Shown here in pieces: positions 63,119 through 64,000 of a stretch of 64,000 nt of DNA; positions within the stretch are counted from its first letter, which is position 1, and each line of letters begins with the position of its first letter. A program made the position numbers and the translations under genes. The notes below the pieces were generated by a model. That model was not told the origin of the DNA, did not search any database, and was given only the letters and a program-made list of their open reading frames with translations. The DNA is from Adineta vaga (Eukaryota; Animalia; Rotifera): assembly GCA_021613535.1 (NCBI GenBank), contig CP075493.1:13950001-14014000 (forward strand). Direction: 5' to 3'.

Positions 63119-63316
63119 ATGAGCAACAATAGTATTACCGGTGACAACTTTCGAACAACAGCAGACAATGCAATGACACAAATGCAAACAGAAAATATAG
63201 CTACACAACTTGAGGAAAATTGTGATGCAGTAATTAAAAATTGTCTTGGAATGTGTGACAACAAATTGCACGAAGTTCAAAAAGCAATCAAAAATGAAAA
63301 ACCAGTCATTTCATAA
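63119..63316 (+). pseudogene. Truncated (internally deleted) subfamily A member
   Basis: N-half aligns with the 61130 protein up to AIKNEKP, then jumps to VIS*, the same C-terminus as 61130. Confidence 0.55.
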
Positions 63317-64000
63317 AATATTTCCTATTGAGAAATGTTTCATCTATTTTCTCTTCAATAATATATTAAATAAAACATCGTAAAATCGATATCAATCCAT
63401 CTTTAAAAAAACGGTCTTCTTTTGATTATAAAAAATGATGAAGATATATATGTTATAATAATTTAATGTCCCTTTGTCGTAAGAAAGATAGTTTGTATAG
63501 TAAGAAGATATTGAAGGATTTTTGAAATATTCTGACCCCGCAGATCAAAATTATTTCTTATGTCATAATAGACGCGAACAATACTCGTGGACGATTTAGA
63601 AAAATATTCCATGATGATGTGATATAAAACAAAATTGTTGCTAGAATAGATTTCGATTCGAACACAATTAATCGAAAATATGATTTAAAAATATCAATAG
63701 AAATGTTTGAAAATTAAAATTCTAAAACATCTTAATCCGTAGTTAAATAAAGAATAGCACTATAACGAAAAGACGTCGAAACGTATGGTATCAGTGTATT
63801 TTCTTTACTATCAAAAATACACATACTATGTGTTATAGAATGAGTTTGTTTTGTCTACTTGTCAATTGAAATTCAGTTTTGGAATAAATGCGAATGATTT
63901 TGAATATTTCACGTAATTACTATGTTACTTATATATTAGTGCCCTCTACAATTACAAAAAACATAACATGAGTAATCGTATATAAATATTTCTTTCTTTC

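Overview
AT-rich eukaryotic genomic DNA with short (about 50-100 nt) GT-AG introns. The gene families (NHL-repeat/EGF membrane protein, LDLa-EGF-GPCR, several orphan 7TM receptors, F-box/LRR-like relics, NEURL4-type ADP-ribosyltransferase) and TGTGGG motifs point to a bdelloid rotifer; this is inference, not a database result. Top candidate for an undescribed system: an intronless gene of about 1,244 aa (22005-25739) with NLR/STAND architecture. Its N-terminal effector is a divergent, bacterial-looking S-adenosylhomocysteine-hydrolase (AHCY)-like domain, followed by a P-loop NTPase and TPRs, analogous to fungal PNP-NB-ARC-TPR receptors. Second candidate: a 6.3-kb cluster of seven paralogous small amphipathic-helix proteins in two subfamilies (57060-63316) that match no family I recognise. 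Other features: a membrane-tethered mucin-Hint (hedgehog-like) protein, a nearly Cys-free thaumatin-like gene missed by the ORF track, a DED-transmembrane gene and a GH31 gene each broken by a single nonsense codon, a RING/TRAF-LRR fusion, a solo LTR with 5-bp TSD, a Helentron-type (HINE-like) element end, a 20-bp minisatellite and dispersed telomere-repeat hairpins. All protein assignments come from motif recognition by eye.
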